A stretch of DNA of 63,245 nt, counting the filler, from Octopus bimaculoides (taxonomy: Eukaryota), in assembly GCF_001194135.2 (NCBI RefSeq). It is 5 parts of 5 records of this genome, joined end to end, with 100 filler letters (N's around TTAATTAATTAA, not from the genome) between each part and the next. Parts side by side here need not be neighbours in the genome. Positions count along the whole stretch, not along the records: positions 1 to 21,980 come from NC_068996.1; positions 22,081 to 53,713 come from NC_068983.1; 3 more parts are not named here. One strand, given 5' to 3'. A model generated the notes under the pieces. That model did not search any database, was not told the DNA's origin, and saw only the letters and a list, made by a program, of their open reading frames with translations. Below, piece after piece: positions 12,050-24,929 of the stretch. The translations under genes were made by a program, and so were the position numbers. How positions within the stretch are numbered: position 1 is the stretch's first letter; each line of letters starts with the position of its first letter.

Positions 12050-13110
12050 GAAGTAGCAAACAAGCTGATGTCAACCAGAAACGCACGCATCAGTGGTTAC
12101 GAAGCTCAGGGCTAAAAGCAGAGAGTGAAGGTTTCATATTGGCTGCTCAAGACCAAAGCTTATTAACCTGGAACTACCAAGCCAATGTGATAAAAAATGG
12201 AGCTGAACCAAAATGCCGATTCTGTAACGATGCGATTGAAACTATAGACCACCTAATCTCAGGGTGTAGAGTCTTAGCACCTGTAGAATATAAAGCAAGA
12301 CATGACAGAGTTGGCCAGTATTTACACTGGACAGTATGTCAGCATTATAAAATCAAAACCGCTGACAAATGGTATAAACACCATACTGAAGCTGTGACTG
12401 AGGGAGAAAATGTATCGATTCTCTGGGACTTCCCCGTACATACCGACAAGACTATAAANNNNNNNNNNNNNNNNNNNNNNNNNNNNNNNNNNNNNNNNNN
12501 NNNNNNNNNNNNNNNNNNNNNNNNNNNNNNNNNNNNNNNNNNNNNNNNNNNNNNNNNNNNNNNNNNNNNNNNNNNNNNNNNNNNNNNNNNNNNNNNNNNN
12601 NNNNNNNNNNNNNNNNNNNNNNNNNNNNNNNNNNNNNNNNNNNNNNNNNNNNNNNNNNNNNNNNNNNNNNNNNNNNNNNNTAATATAGCGGCGAAAGAAT
12701 TTGACAAGATCAGTAAATATAAAGACTTGCTAATAGAAACTGAAAAAATGTGGCACTTCAAGGCGACTACCGTACCAGTGATTGTAGGATCTCTAGGAAT
12801 GATATAAAAAAGAAGGTACTGAAACCTATTTGAAAATGATACCAGGCTTACCATCCCTACAGGAAGAGCAAAAAATCGTGTTAACTGGAACGACTCATGT
12901 ACTGAGAAGAGCATTATTGCTGTGAAAACAACATCCATTCATGAATTTATTTATTTATCAATTTTTTTTAAATACATATTTTACCTGTGAATTTGCGTGT
13001 GTAAACTGGGAATGCATACAATGAACTTCTCTGCCCTAAGTGTACGGAAAACTGGGCGAGAAATGGAAGAAAATTTGAAGGAAAAAACAACAACAATAAT
13101 AATAATAACG
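12050..13110 (+). mobile_element. 5'-truncated R4/Dong-like LINE, another subfamily
   Basis: ESEGFILAAQDQSLLTWNY, CRFCNDAIETIDHLISGC, RHDRVGQYLHW, KISKYKDLLIE. The 5' junction follows AATAATAATAAT and the 3' end has a (CAA)(TAA) tail. Confidence 0.9.
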
Positions 13111-13114
13111 ATAA

Positions 13115-13312
13115 ATTCAAAATATTGCACTAGGCCAGCAACTTCGGGGGAAGGGAGTAATCGATTACATCGATCCTAGTACTTAACTGGAAATAATTTT
13201 ATGGACCTCAAAAGGATGAAAAGTAAAGTCAACCTCGGCATAATTTGAACACTGAACATAAGGACTGACTAAACATTTTGCCCAGCACAGTAACGATTCT
13301 GCCAGCTCGCCA
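13115..13312 (-). mobile_element. SINE family B
   Basis: Similar to 48472-48704; head ...ctgccagctcgcc at ~13300. Confidence 0.75.
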
Positions 13313-13969
13313 GACCAAGGCACAAAACCCAAAGGGAGTGGTGTGCTTGTGTTGCTTCTATTGATCAAATTGTTTCTATTGATAAGAACTTTAATTTTTG
13401 ACCAGTAGTATATTATCTCAAAGCCAGAATGAATGAAAAAACAAACTTGAAAGGTGTTCAACTAATTGTGACCTCTAAAGAAAATATTTTCTAATATAAT
13501 AACTGTTGATATTATAAAAGAGTAGATGAGCTCCGAATAATCGAAATATATTAAAGAATAAATATTTTAAACCACTTCAGAATAAACAATTGATTAATAA
13601 CTTGTAAAATTAATCAATATATTGATTAAATAATTCATAAATTTATGTTACTGCATCAGTAAGAGGTCTACAAAAGAATACGTATATATATATATATATA
13701 TATATAAAATAGTCAAGGGAATTAATTCTACAGTTATTTCCCTTGCCACACTAAACGTTACTGGATTTTGAATGGTTTTAGTAAAAAATTCTAAAAGCTA
13801 AGAAAGTTGATAAATTATCAAATATATTATTTTAAATTCTCAAACGACAGCCACAATCGTATGCGTGTGTGTGTACGCATGTGTGTGTGTGTGTGTGTGT
13901 CTGTGCGTTTGCGAATGTGGGTGTAGGTGTGTGCACATAAACATATGTGCTTATTTATTTCTCTGTGTA

Positions 13970-14382
13970 TATTTCTCGTTTACTTCTATTAATCATTGGA
14001 CTGAGAGTATGCTGGGACATCCGCCTAGAAGATTTAATCGCGTGAAAACCCATATTTTTTTTTTAAAGCCTGTTCTATATTGCCTAATGCCGAGGTCACG
14101 GTGGCGTAAACAAACCAAACACCGGCTGTCAAACACAAACACATATGTATACACACGCGTGCAAGCACACAATAACACACGTAAACGAGCACACAGATAC
14201 ACACACACACGCATACGAACATGGATACATCTGCGCACACACACATACACGCACACACACAAGACGGGCTTCTTTCAGTTTCCGTCTACCAAATCCAGTC
14301 ACAAGACTTTAGTCCGTCCGTGGCTATAGTAGATGACACTTGCACAAGGTGACATGCAGTGGGACTGAACTCAGAACGCACT
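13970..14382 (-). mobile_element. SINE family A with internal (CA)n
   Basis: 5' half gggcttctttcagtttccgtctaccaaatcc is clear; the 3' half at 14000-14130 is degenerate. Confidence 0.7.
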
Positions 14383-14984
14383 NNNNNNNNNNNNNNNNNN
14401 NNNNNNNNNNNNNNNNNNNNNNNNNNNNNNNNNNNNNNNNNNNNNNNNNNNNNNNNNNNNNNNNNNNNNNNNNNNNNNNNNNNNNNNNNNNNNNNNNNNN
14501 NNNNNNNNNNNNNNNNNNNNNNNNNNNNNNNNNNNNNNNNNNNNNNNNNNNNNNNNNNNNNNNNNNNNNNNNNNNNNNNNNNNNNNNNNNNNNNNNNNNN
14601 NNNNNNNNNNNNNNNNNNNNNNNNNNNNNNNNNNNNNNNNNNNNNNNNNNNNNNNNNNNNNNNNNNNNNNNNNNNNNNNNNNNNNNNNNNNNNNNNNNNN
14701 NNNNNNNNNNNNNNNNNNNNNNNNNNNNNNNNNNNNNNNNNNNNNNNNNNNNNNNNNNNNNNNNNNNNNNNNNNNNNNNNNNNNNNNNNNNNNNNNNNNN
14801 NNNNNNNNNNNNNNNNNNNNNNATATATATATATATATATATACATGTGTGTGTGTGTGTGTATGTATATATATATGTGTATGTATGTATGTATGTATGT
14901 ATGTATATACTTACCTACATACCTACCTACCTACCTATCTATCTATGTATCTATCTATCTATCTGTCTGTCTGTCCGCGTGGCA

Positions 14985-15044
14985 TCTTGGTAGACGGAAA
15001 CTGAAAGAAGCTCGTCGTATATATATATATATATATATAAGTCA

Positions 15045-15096
<52 letters not shown>

Positions 15097-15326
15097 GTGT
15101 ATATATATGTATATACGTGTCTGTGTTTGTCCCCCACCATCGCTTGACAACCGATGTTGGTATGTTTACGTCCTCGTAAATTAGCGGTTCAGCAAAAGAA
15201 ACCGATAGAATAAATAAATACAAGGCTCACAAAGAATAAGTCCTGGGGTCGATTTGCTCGACTAAAGGCGGTGCTCCAGCATGGTCGCAGTCAAATGACT
15301 GAAACAAGTAAAAGAATAAAGAGTAT
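14985..15326 (+). mobile_element. SINE family A, 3' two-thirds with internal (TA)n expansion
   Basis: ggtagacggaaactgaaagaag...gctccagcatgg...aagtaaaagaataaaagag. Confidence 0.85.
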
Positions 15327-15327
15327 A

Positions 15328-15520
15328 TATGTATGTATGCATGCATGTATGTATGTATGTATGCATGTATGTATGTATGTATGTATGTATGCATGTATGT
15401 ATGTATGTATGCATGTATGCATGTATGTATGTATGTATGTATGTATGTATGCATGCATGCATGTATGTATGTATGTATGTATGCATGTATGTATGTATGT
15501 ATGTATGTATATATTTATAT
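15328..15520. repeat. (ATGT)/(ATGC) microsatellite
   Basis: Read directly. Confidence 0.95.
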
Positions 15521-16203
15521 ACCAAACTGAATTGACAAATTCATTCTATGACCAGTAAGGGTCATAGAATCAGGAATGTACACATGCCATTGGGTTTTGG
15601 ATGTTTTTGAATGTTGTGGTTCACATATTCTAATGATGTAATGTCACCATTAATTAATCAATTAATTAAAAACTTGTTGGAAACAGATGTAGTGAATTGG
15701 TACAGTATCCATTTGTTCATTCATTATTTATCTCTCTCTCGGAATCTGCTCCTTCCGTAGATCCGAAGTATATTATGGACCCTGCATTTAGTACAATGTG
15801 CGTTTCTTGATCAGCCTCAGGGCTATTGATATACTCGGTCGGGTACAGTTAATCGTGTACATAACCTGAATATCTTTCTACCAGTACTTCGGGTGACAGC
15901 ATATGTATTCCTCTATTTTTGTTGTGTATATATTTTACTTTTTGACCCAATCCGGGGCTTTACCAGTTAAGTGCCTGATTCACTTGAATCCTGATCTATT
16001 ATAATGTATATATTTATACATATATATATATATATACATATATAAATATAAATATATATATATCTATTACGGAGATGTACTTGCATAGCAAGTGACCTGA
16101 TCTGAGATCATGTGCTGGAACGAAAACAATTGCAGCGTGGAAGGTGTTTATAAGCCATTTAAAATAACACACAAAATCCGTTAGATTCACTTCAACATTT
16201 AAA

Positions 16204-16254
<51 letters not shown>

Positions 16255-17080
16255 CATACATACACGTATATATATACATANNNNNNNNNNNNNNNNNNNN
16301 NNNNNNNNNNNNNNNNNNNNNNNNNNNNNNNNNNNNNNNNNNNNNNNNNNNNNNNNNNNNNNNNNNNNNNNNNNNNNNNNNNNNNNNNNNNNNNNNNNNN
16401 NNNNNNNNNNNNNNNNNNNNNNNNNNNNNNNNNNNNNNNNNNNNNNNNNNNNNNNNNNNNNNNNNNNNNNNNNNNNNNNNNNNNNNNNNNNNNNNNNNNN
16501 NNNNNNNNNNNNNNNNNNNNNNNNNNNNNNNNNNNNNNNNNNNNNNNNNNNNNNNNNNNNNNNNNNNNNNNNNNNNNNNNNNNNNNNNNNNNNNNNNNNN
16601 NNNNNNNNNNNNNNNNNNNNNNNNNNNNNNNNNNNNNNNNNNNNNNNNNNNNNNNNNNNNNNNNNNNNNNNNNNNNNNNNNNNNNNNNNNNNNNNNNNNN
16701 NNNNNNNNNNNNNNNNNNNNNNNNNNNNNNNNNNNNNNNNNNNNNNNNNNNNNNNNNNNNNNNNNNNNNNNNNNNNNNNNNNNNNNNNNNNNNNNNNNNN
16801 NNNNNNNNNNNNNNNNNNNNNNNNNNNNNNNNNNNNNNNNNNNNNNNNNNNNNNNNNNNNNNNNNNNNNNNNNNNNNNNNNNNNNNNNNNNNNNNNNNNN
16901 NNNNNNNNNNNNNNNNNNNNNNNNNNNNNNNNNNNNNNNNNNNNNNNNNNNNNNNNNNNNNNNNNNNNNNNNNNNNNNNNNNNNNNNNNNNNNNNNNNNN
17001 NNNNNNNNNNNNNNNNNNNNNNNNNNNNNNNNNNNNNNNNNNNNNNNNNNNNNATATATATATATATGTATATATATATA

Positions 17081-17112
<32 letters not shown>

Positions 17113-17115
<3 letters not shown>

Positions 17116-17497
17116 GTGTGGCTGTGTGGTAAGAAGCTTGCTTCCTAATCATATGGTTCGCGGTTCAAACCCATTACGTGGGCAAGTGTCTTCTACTATA
17201 GCCTCGGGCCGACCAAAGCCTTATAAGTGGATTTGGTAGATGGAAACTGAAAGAAACCCGTCGTATACATTTATGTATTCGTGTGTTTGTGTCTGTGTTT
17301 GTCCCCACCACCATCGCTTGACAACCGATGTGGGTGTGTTTACGTCCACGTAACTTAGCGGTTCAGCAAAAGAAACCGATAGAATAAGTACTAGGTTTAC
17401 AAAGAATAAGTCCAGAGGCCGATTTCTTCGACTAAAGATGCAGTGCTCCAGCATGGCCACAGTCAAAAAACTGAAACAAGTAAAAGAATAAAAGAAT
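17113..17497 (+). mobile_element. SINE family A, essentially full length
   Basis: A-box-like TGGCTGTGTGG, B-box-like GGTTCAAACC, body shared with other copies, AAAGAAT tail. Confidence 0.88.
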
Positions 17498-17631
17498 ATA
17501 TATGTGCGTGTGTCTGAGTATGATTGTGTGCATATATATGTGTTTGTTCATGTGTACATGCGTGTGTGTATGTATGTGTGTGTGTGTATGTATATATTTC
17601 ATTATGTTGAACCGTTAATCCTTACACATCT

Positions 17632-17810
17632 GTTTTTCTCCGTATTTTTCTCGTTCTCTCTCCCTTTGTTTCCTCTCCATCCTTTCTGTTGAAGAGCATA
17701 GGCCCGAAATGTGAAAGACTTTTCCATTATTCCTGAGCGTCAAACTAATACACCTGCTAATTGTTTCCTCACCTGTCTTCGTCTTGTGTCTCCTGTAAAT
17801 TTGAACTACA
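17632..17810 (+). mobile_element. Solo Penelope-like pseudo-LTR with degenerate hammerhead-like motif (17682-17716)
   Basis: Homologous to 36898-37062 and 56240-56400; reads ctttCTGTTGAAGAGCATAGGCCCGAAATGTGAAAG. Confidence 0.7.
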
Positions 17811-17979
17811 CACACAGACACACACACACGCACACACATGCACATACGTAGGCGCGTGCGCAAAAACACACACATGCACACACAAATGCACTCACGCACA
17901 CACACACATATACCTACACACACATACATTTATACTTACATATATGTATATGTATACACACACACATATGTCTATATGT

Positions 17980-17982
17980 ATG

Positions 17983-18062
<80 letters not shown>

Positions 18063-18125
18063 TATGTATATATGTGTGTGTGCGTATATATATATAAATA
18101 TATGTGTGCGCGCGCGTACACACAC
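17980..18125. repeat. (TA)n microsatellite with flanking dinucleotide runs
   Basis: Read directly. Confidence 0.95.
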
Positions 18126-18694
18126 ACACATATATAGCGAGAGTATGAGAGGTATTGGTATCTAGAAGACCCAAAGAGTGGTGGGTAACTCTAAGTAAGT
18201 GCTAGGAACAGACCGTAGTTAAACTTTTGGTTCGATATTAATACGAGTGAGGAGTCTAATGTGGGTCTTGTATAAGCATGCATATATGTATATTTATATA
18301 TATATATATATACCAGACTAATATATTTATCTAATATATATATATATACAGGTATATACATACACTTGTATGTAGTCTTGTATATATGTATGTATTAAGT
18401 ATAACTGAATTGAAAGTGCAAAAAGGAAGAGCACTCTAGTATTTTTAAGAACGATAACTAGGAAGTAGCATTGTCTAAAATAACGAAGAGTTAGAAACAC
18501 TTAGTACTATTTTATTACAGACAAAAGGAGAAAGTTATTTTATTAGAAGCTCAAAACGTCGTAAACATATTTTCACTCGGATGTTATATAATAACAGAAA
18601 AATCTGTAAATATAAAACGAGTATATATATATATATATATATACCTATATGTTCATACACATACATACATACATACATACTATACATGCATGCA

Positions 18695-18732
<38 letters not shown>

Positions 18733-19169
18733 TACGCACACATACACACATACCTCACACACCCATACGAATTCAAATGTAGAAGATAACAGTCGCTGTG
18801 GAAAAAAAAATGAACGTTAATGGCGAAGACAAGGTAATAACGAAGTGATAAATGGAATAGATATAAGTTGTATAAATCATGTAGTTTAGGCAACAGCCCA
18901 AGTAGAAATCTATAAAGCTGGCATTAAAATCGATGAAAGTAAATCACAAGAACAAAGCAAAACATACACACAGACACAGACATACACAAGTGGCATACAC
19001 AGAAAAGCCCATATCGCACAGATAGAAAAAAGAAAAAGAAAGTAATGCAGCCAGTCTAAATAAAATAAAATAAAATTAAGAATATCTAGTAAATTAAGAA
19101 AAAAATATAATGAATGAAGTATCAGTATATAATGAAAGGCATCGTAAATGTTCACAAGTAACGAATTTA

Positions 19170-19440
19170 GATAGATAGATAAATAGATAGACAGACATAC
19201 AGGTAAACAGATAGAGAGAGAGACAGATAGATAGATTGACAGACCGACAGGCAAATAGAGAGATAAATAGATAGACAGAGAGACAGATAGACAGAAAGAC
19301 AGAAAGATTGATAGACCGACAGGCAAACAAATAGATAAATAGATAGACAGAGAGACAGATAGGTTGGTAGGTAGACAGGGTGCATGTGGTGCGCGTGCGC
19401 GCGTGTGTGAAAGGGAGAGAGAGAGAGAGAGAGAGAGATA
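19170..19440. repeat. (GATA)/(GACA)/(GA) compound microsatellite
   Basis: Read directly. Confidence 0.9.
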
Positions 19441-20638
19441 AATATGGATGAAGTGAGAGTCTCTATTAGATGGCATAACCTGTTCCATATAGCAGCCAAA
19501 TCTCTCACAAATTGCACATTACGATAATTAAAATGGGAACGGAATATATGATGAAGTAGCCCTACCTACACGAAGCCTTCAAAAGGTATCGAGTGATCAT
19601 AATAGCATGGAAGCCCCTTTTCTTTTGCTTTTTTCGTAAAATTTGCTTGGTAAATGCTCCTCTATTTGGTCTGTCGACTTTTTAGAAAAGGCAATCAAAC
19701 CTCCCTTATAGTTCAACCCTTGTTTTCCACATTGAGTAAAATCGACCCTTGTTGGGAAGGTTCCAGCTGCAATAAACTATGGGAGAGGTTACCAACTCAA
19801 CCTCGCTGAAACAGTCACCTTTATCTGTGAAAAGGGACTGTATGAACGATATTCTACGACCCTTTTTAAAGTGCACTGTAACCGATTCAGAAAGAGAGAG
19901 AGAGAGAGAGAGGGAGGGAAGCTGGTGCCATTAGCCGACTTGTACTTATTTTATTGACTCCGAAAGGATGTAAGGTAAAGTTGACCTCGGTGAGATTTCT
20001 ACAATGCGACTGTAGAAATTCTGTAAGGCTATCCGACCATTAAACGCCTTAGTCAGTTCGCTGCTTTATGTAATCTTTCTGTTGTGAAAAAAAAAAAGAA
20101 AAAAAAAGACACCCGAATGTCCTTTGATTACACGTCGTCCGCTCAATAGGTGTGACACAGGACTAAACAAAACCAACAACTACAACAACAACAATGACAA
20201 CAGCAGCATCAGCATTAATAACAAGAACAGCAACAACAGTAACAGCGATAACAACAATAACTAGAACTACCCCCCCTCTCCAATCTCACAACTGACTACA
20301 ACAAACCATTAAAGGCAGCCACATACAAAAACTAAATGGTGTATAATTAAAGGAATTAAAATAGAAATCTGAAACAATAGAGCGGTTAACAACTTGCTAA
20401 GCCACGAGAAAAAGTAATAATCCAAATAAAATATATTTGTTTTCAGAATCTAAATATAGGCAATACATTCTACAAAAGAATATTGAAGTAAGTATATTCA
20501 GGAGAAAAATAACAGTTAAAAGAATTCTTAAAAAAAAAAAAAAGAAATATCAAAAATAGCGAATTAGCAGAGGTGTTAGAGAATCTAATTGAAAACAATG
20601 CGGTATTTATTGCAGCTTTCTGTTATAAGTTCGCTATA

Positions 20639-20703
20639 GCTCTGCTTATATGACTTAGCTCTGCTTATATGACTTAGCTCTGCTTATATGACTTAGCTCT
20701 GCT
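20639..20703. repeat. 19-bp perfect tandem repeat (gctctgcttatatgactta), 3.4 copies
   Basis: Units start at 20639, 20658, 20677 and 20696. Confidence 0.92.
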
Positions 20704-21659
20704 AAGTTCGCTGCAGCGAAATATTCATACATCTAAGGTTGTTATTATTCCTGTGAGAACATAAATCTGTAACAGAATGTAAGCATGGACAAGATTTTCA
20801 CTTTCTGTATTGGAAGACCACCAGTTGCCTTTGTATGCAAGTGTCTCTTCTCCTCTCTATGCCACTGTTATTGTCCCAAGGAAAGGGCAAGGGGCAAACA
20901 CAGATTCACAATTCTGTCGTTACCGTTTCATAGTCATGGACTAGGACTTTATCTATCGATTCTGAAATCATTGTGCAGAGTGCCGGAACTGATACTGCAA
21001 GTTACTGCTTTCTATTCTCTAACAACTTTGACACGTCGTCTCCATAGAACAAAATATTGTGCAGAGAATAAACGATGCAGAAAATGAAAAATGTCTATAC
21101 TTTCAAATGTAGAATAATACAGTGGTATATACCTCCAACAATGACGAAGTGGTCGTCCCTGTAACATCTTTGATCATAACTCTGCAGTATGGCCGTCGTA
21201 TAGATAAACAATAACGACAAGATCAGTGCTGAGTGGGGGAGGAGGGAAACTTAGACATATTTGCTCGATGTGCTAGAAATAATTGTCTAATCATTTTTAA
21301 CTCATAGCCAATGGTGATATGTAAATAGGAAAATATAGTCTTAGATACACACGTTTGACAGTAAACAACGACTAAATGATTATCTAATAAGAATTCTCTA
21401 TCTCGTGGCTCAATTTCTCTCAAATCATAACTTACTGTCTTAAAAAAAACAACAGAAAACAGAAAGAAGTTAGATACTGAGTACAACACGAAAGGACGGT
21501 TGTTTTTGCTGGCACGTCCTTGATCAGAGGCCTTTTCAGTAAGGCCTCGCCTATGGCTAAACAACAACAACAACCGTATACTAAGTGGTACATTTATTAA
21601 AAAATCATTTAGACGCGTCAGTCTAGATTTAGGATTTTCATCAGGAAATCAAATACAAA

Positions 21660-21980
21660 TCTATATATATAAAAATGAGAATGTGTGTGTGTGTGTGTGT
21701 GTGTGTTTCCCTAAAACTCGAGAACTACACAACCAATTTCATTCAAATTTTACACATGCCTTACTTAGGGTTCCGGTTGTGTTTTAGTCAAAAACATTTT
21801 TTTAACATTCTTGCATAGTTCGAGCCCATAGCAACATCATATCTCCTCCACTATTTAAGTATTACGTGTCAAAAGTGAAACAAAAACACTTATGTCAAAT
21901 ACTTTCACTTTAAAAATGAAACTATTCCACTAACTGAAACAATCACGTTTCGATACTGTAATGACAGATACTTTCACTTT
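21660..21980 (+). mobile_element. Non-autonomous Helitron-like element, 5' portion
   Basis: A|TCTATATATATAAAAATGAGAATG(TG)n...CTCGAGAACTAC..CCAATTT..AAATTTT resembles Lep1/HINE-type Helitron 5' ends. The 3' end is lost in the gap. Confidence 0.55.
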
Positions 21981-22080
21981 NNNNNNNNNNNNNNNNNNNN
22001 NNNNNNNNNNNNNNNNNNNNNNNNTTAATTAATTAANNNNNNNNNNNNNNNNNNNNNNNNNNNNNNNNNNNNNNNNNNNN
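21981..22080. other. Artificial 100-bp join spacer (44 N, TTAATTAATTAA, 44 N); also at 53714-53813, 57579-57678 and 61121-61220
   Basis: An identical 12-mer with stops in all six frames is centred in identical-length N runs four times. Confidence 0.95.
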
Positions 22081-22169
22081 GGAGAAAATGAAACAAATAA
22101 GGACTTGTTCAGAAACACTCCCGAGTGGGGAACGATCCTCAAAAGTAACTCCCAATTGTTTTCCCCAAA

Positions 22170-22410
22170 ATTCCTATGGTCTCGGAATCTACATAGTCCG
22201 AGGAATATTTGTAGAAAATTTCATTTTAAAATATCTATTTTCTTGAAAGTTGAGACGAATTGAAGTGGACGCCGGTGAATTTTCCGAAATTCCCCACCCA
22301 CGCCCTCCTAAAACACTTGTCCCCAAAATACTCGGAATCTACATGATATAACACATATTCGTAGAAAATTTCATTAAAAAATATTCATTTTCTGAAAGTT
22401 ATGATCATCC
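22170..22410. repeat. Two diverged copies of a ~140-bp-period unit (cggaatctaca...gtagaaaatttcatt...gaaagtt), probably inside a non-autonomous DNA element
   Basis: cggaatctacat occurs at ~22183 and ~22333. Confidence 0.6.
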
Positions 22411-23589
22411 AAAGTTGGGTGAGAGACAGGAATCTGTAGTTATGCCGGCAGTCTTACGTTGGCAAAAAATCAGTTCAGTAGTTTTAAAAGATAGATTAAA
22501 TTTATTTTGTTTGGACAGGGCCTTTCTCTTTTCCAAGTGTCCTGTTTGAAACGTTAGAAGTCTCTCAAGGCACATAAACTTATTCCATTTTTTGTGAATA
22601 ACAGTAAGGAAAAAAATGCTTTCAATACCACAATTCCACTGTGTTGTAACCTAAGATGACCGACCACTTAGTATTTATAGATTATCACACGGATGTAACA
22701 ATTTTGAGAACCATAATTTTATAAGGTGTGTCTTTTCAGTGGTGGGGAGTATTTGACATTCCTTTGCATCAACAAAATTAGTAAAAGAAACGAGCAATAT
22801 TTGAAGAAGTACATTATACAAATTGCCCAGCCGAAAAAAAAAAAATTGCTCTCCTAGTAACGATTATGCTGAGATAATTTACTAGTATAGCTATGCTGGA
22901 TAAAGCGTATTAAATATATTGATTTCTTTAAAACGAGATATAAAGCTTATGATTTTATTTATGCTTTTTCTAAGTTAGCAACAAAAGTGAAGTAAAATCG
23001 TTTCGACTGGAGATTAAGTGTGTCGTGGTTTACCAATTTAATCTCTTGCTTACTGTGTTCATTCGAGACTTAACATTTCAGTTAATCCGGTTTATTGGAG
23101 TTACGTCCCTTCTATTTTTTAATAATTTATACTTTAAAGATGTTAGTCGGGGGTTTTATCAACTGATTGTATGGATAATATCAATTCATTGAAGTTTTTT
23201 TAAACTCATATTACATATGTGGCGGTGAATTGGCAGAGTCGTCAAAGCGTCGGATAGAATGCCTTGCTGTATTTGCTCCTGCTCTCTACAACTGAGTTCA
23301 AATCCTTCGACGTCAATAAATACAATCAAGTACTGAGGTTGATTTTCACCCTCTTTCTAAATCGGCCACGTTGCGCTGCGAGAAGCATCGTGAGAGGAGG
23401 GAACATTCACGGTGTCCTTTTCTCTCGTAATGGTTTTCCATTACGATTCAGCGGTGATACTAACAACTTCCCATAGACAACAACTACAAACGTAATTTTA
23501 ATTGGCTCCCAGCACTTTTATAGTTTCTGACATGTTAATGCTCCCTTGTTTAGTTGTTTGGATAATGTATTGCAGTTGATTTCCCTCTT

Positions 23590-24430
23590 ATATCAGAAGA
23601 AAACATATGCTCTAATTTTACAAAATTGAAAAAAAATTAAAAAGAATAAAGAGAAAAAAGAAAAAAAAAACCCAAACAATTCACCACCTTGGGTTGAAAA
23701 GTAGGGGGCGCTGGGAAACCTCTCTAATGGCTATTGAGATACGCCAAACACGCTTGCAGCGTTGCTGCGGGTGATGGCGAGGCTGATGCACTGGAACAGC
23801 CAAACGCCCTCACGAGCCTCATCAGTTACCTCTGCAAGGTGAGTTGTCATTGAAGACAGGAATCTCGCAGTTAGTGGTCCGACCCCACCAAACGCCTCGA
23901 ACGCCACAGGATGGAAAATGTAGTTGGCCGACAGATCGCGGTATTTCAGGTTTTTGTTCCGCTCGGCCGCAGAAGCTGTGGATCTCGCCCTGACCGTAGC
24001 ATTCAGGATGTGAGAAGAAGCAAAGGAGTCGCTAACTGTGACATCCCAGACAAGGCATCTGCCTTGCGACCAGGGGCACAGGGTGAGACCGTCAGGTCTC
24101 TTCCCATCACATCTGGACAATCCAGATGGTTCCAAGATGGAGGGGGTGTTTGCCTGGGCCAAGCTCCTCTTGAGTATCAGGTTCAACTATGTGTGGCGCG
24201 CAAAGCGACCAGCATTCAGGCAGCAAGAAAGGCCATGGAGGCCTGTGGAGTCGAGGAGCCTTCCACAGCGACAGATCAAACCCGTGCATACGTCAACTCC
24301 CCACTCTGAGGGAAATGGAGACACGAAGTTCGTCCAAGCTGAGTAGGCCACCAACATTAGCCACAGGGATGGCATCAATCCAGTCACCTGAGTATTTGGC
24401 GCTTTGCTATTGGAACTATGCAAAAACAGA
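23590..24430 (-). mobile_element. CRE-clade non-LTR retrotransposon 3' fragment (zinc knuckle plus RLE)
   Basis: SGDWIDAIPVANVG; CRCGRLLDSTGLHGLSC..GRFARH; ORF 23731-24186 EPSGLSRCDGKRPDGLTLCPWSQGRCLVWDVT...KNLKY...LFQCISLAITRSNAASVFG; T-rich 3' UTR. Confidence 0.85.
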
Positions 24431-24929
24431 TCGATGGAAAGAACTGTACAAAAACAGACGGATTGGAAATAAAGAAGAAAAACATTACATATATGAAACT
24501 TCACCCTATTTTATTGGCTGTGTAGTTTAAAATAAGTAATGGGGTCGATTCGTTCGACTAAAACCGTTCAGGGTGGTGCTCTAGCATGTCCGCAGTTCAA
24601 TGATAGATACAAATAAAAGATAGAAGATATGTATCCTCCATTTTTCCGTGCTTGCATGAGTCAAATGGAAGTTGTTGAATTTTTATGGCCAGATGCCTTC
24701 CTGTCGCCAACCTTCACTTGTTTTTAAGCGGTTAGCAAGAGCCGGTACGTGCTATCAAGTCATCCTTGCTTACAAGTAACATGAACGAGGGGGCCAAAAC
24801 CGAACAATAAAGGAAAAACAGCAAGATCGAAACGTAAACATGAATTCAATTCGCAACACATTTTATCTTCCACTATGAATTCTGATCACTTCATTTTATA
24901 ACCTATTTTCGTGTGTGTGGAGGGGCGGG

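Noticed and set aside
14286-17152. Long ORFs in the ORF track (e.g. 14359-15147, 16205-17152, 26282-27043, 59345-60280)
   Set aside because: They are open only because they run through N gaps and stop-free microsatellites.
17113-17190. tRNA-like A/B boxes here and at other SINE heads
   Set aside because: No full cloverleaf, and they are contiguous with SINE bodies, so they are SINE heads and not tRNA genes.
22025-22036. Palindromic TTAATTAATTAA recurring four times (also 53758, 57623, 61165)
   Set aside because: Always centred in an identical 100-bp N spacer; a six-frame-stop linker from assembly or concatenation, not biology.
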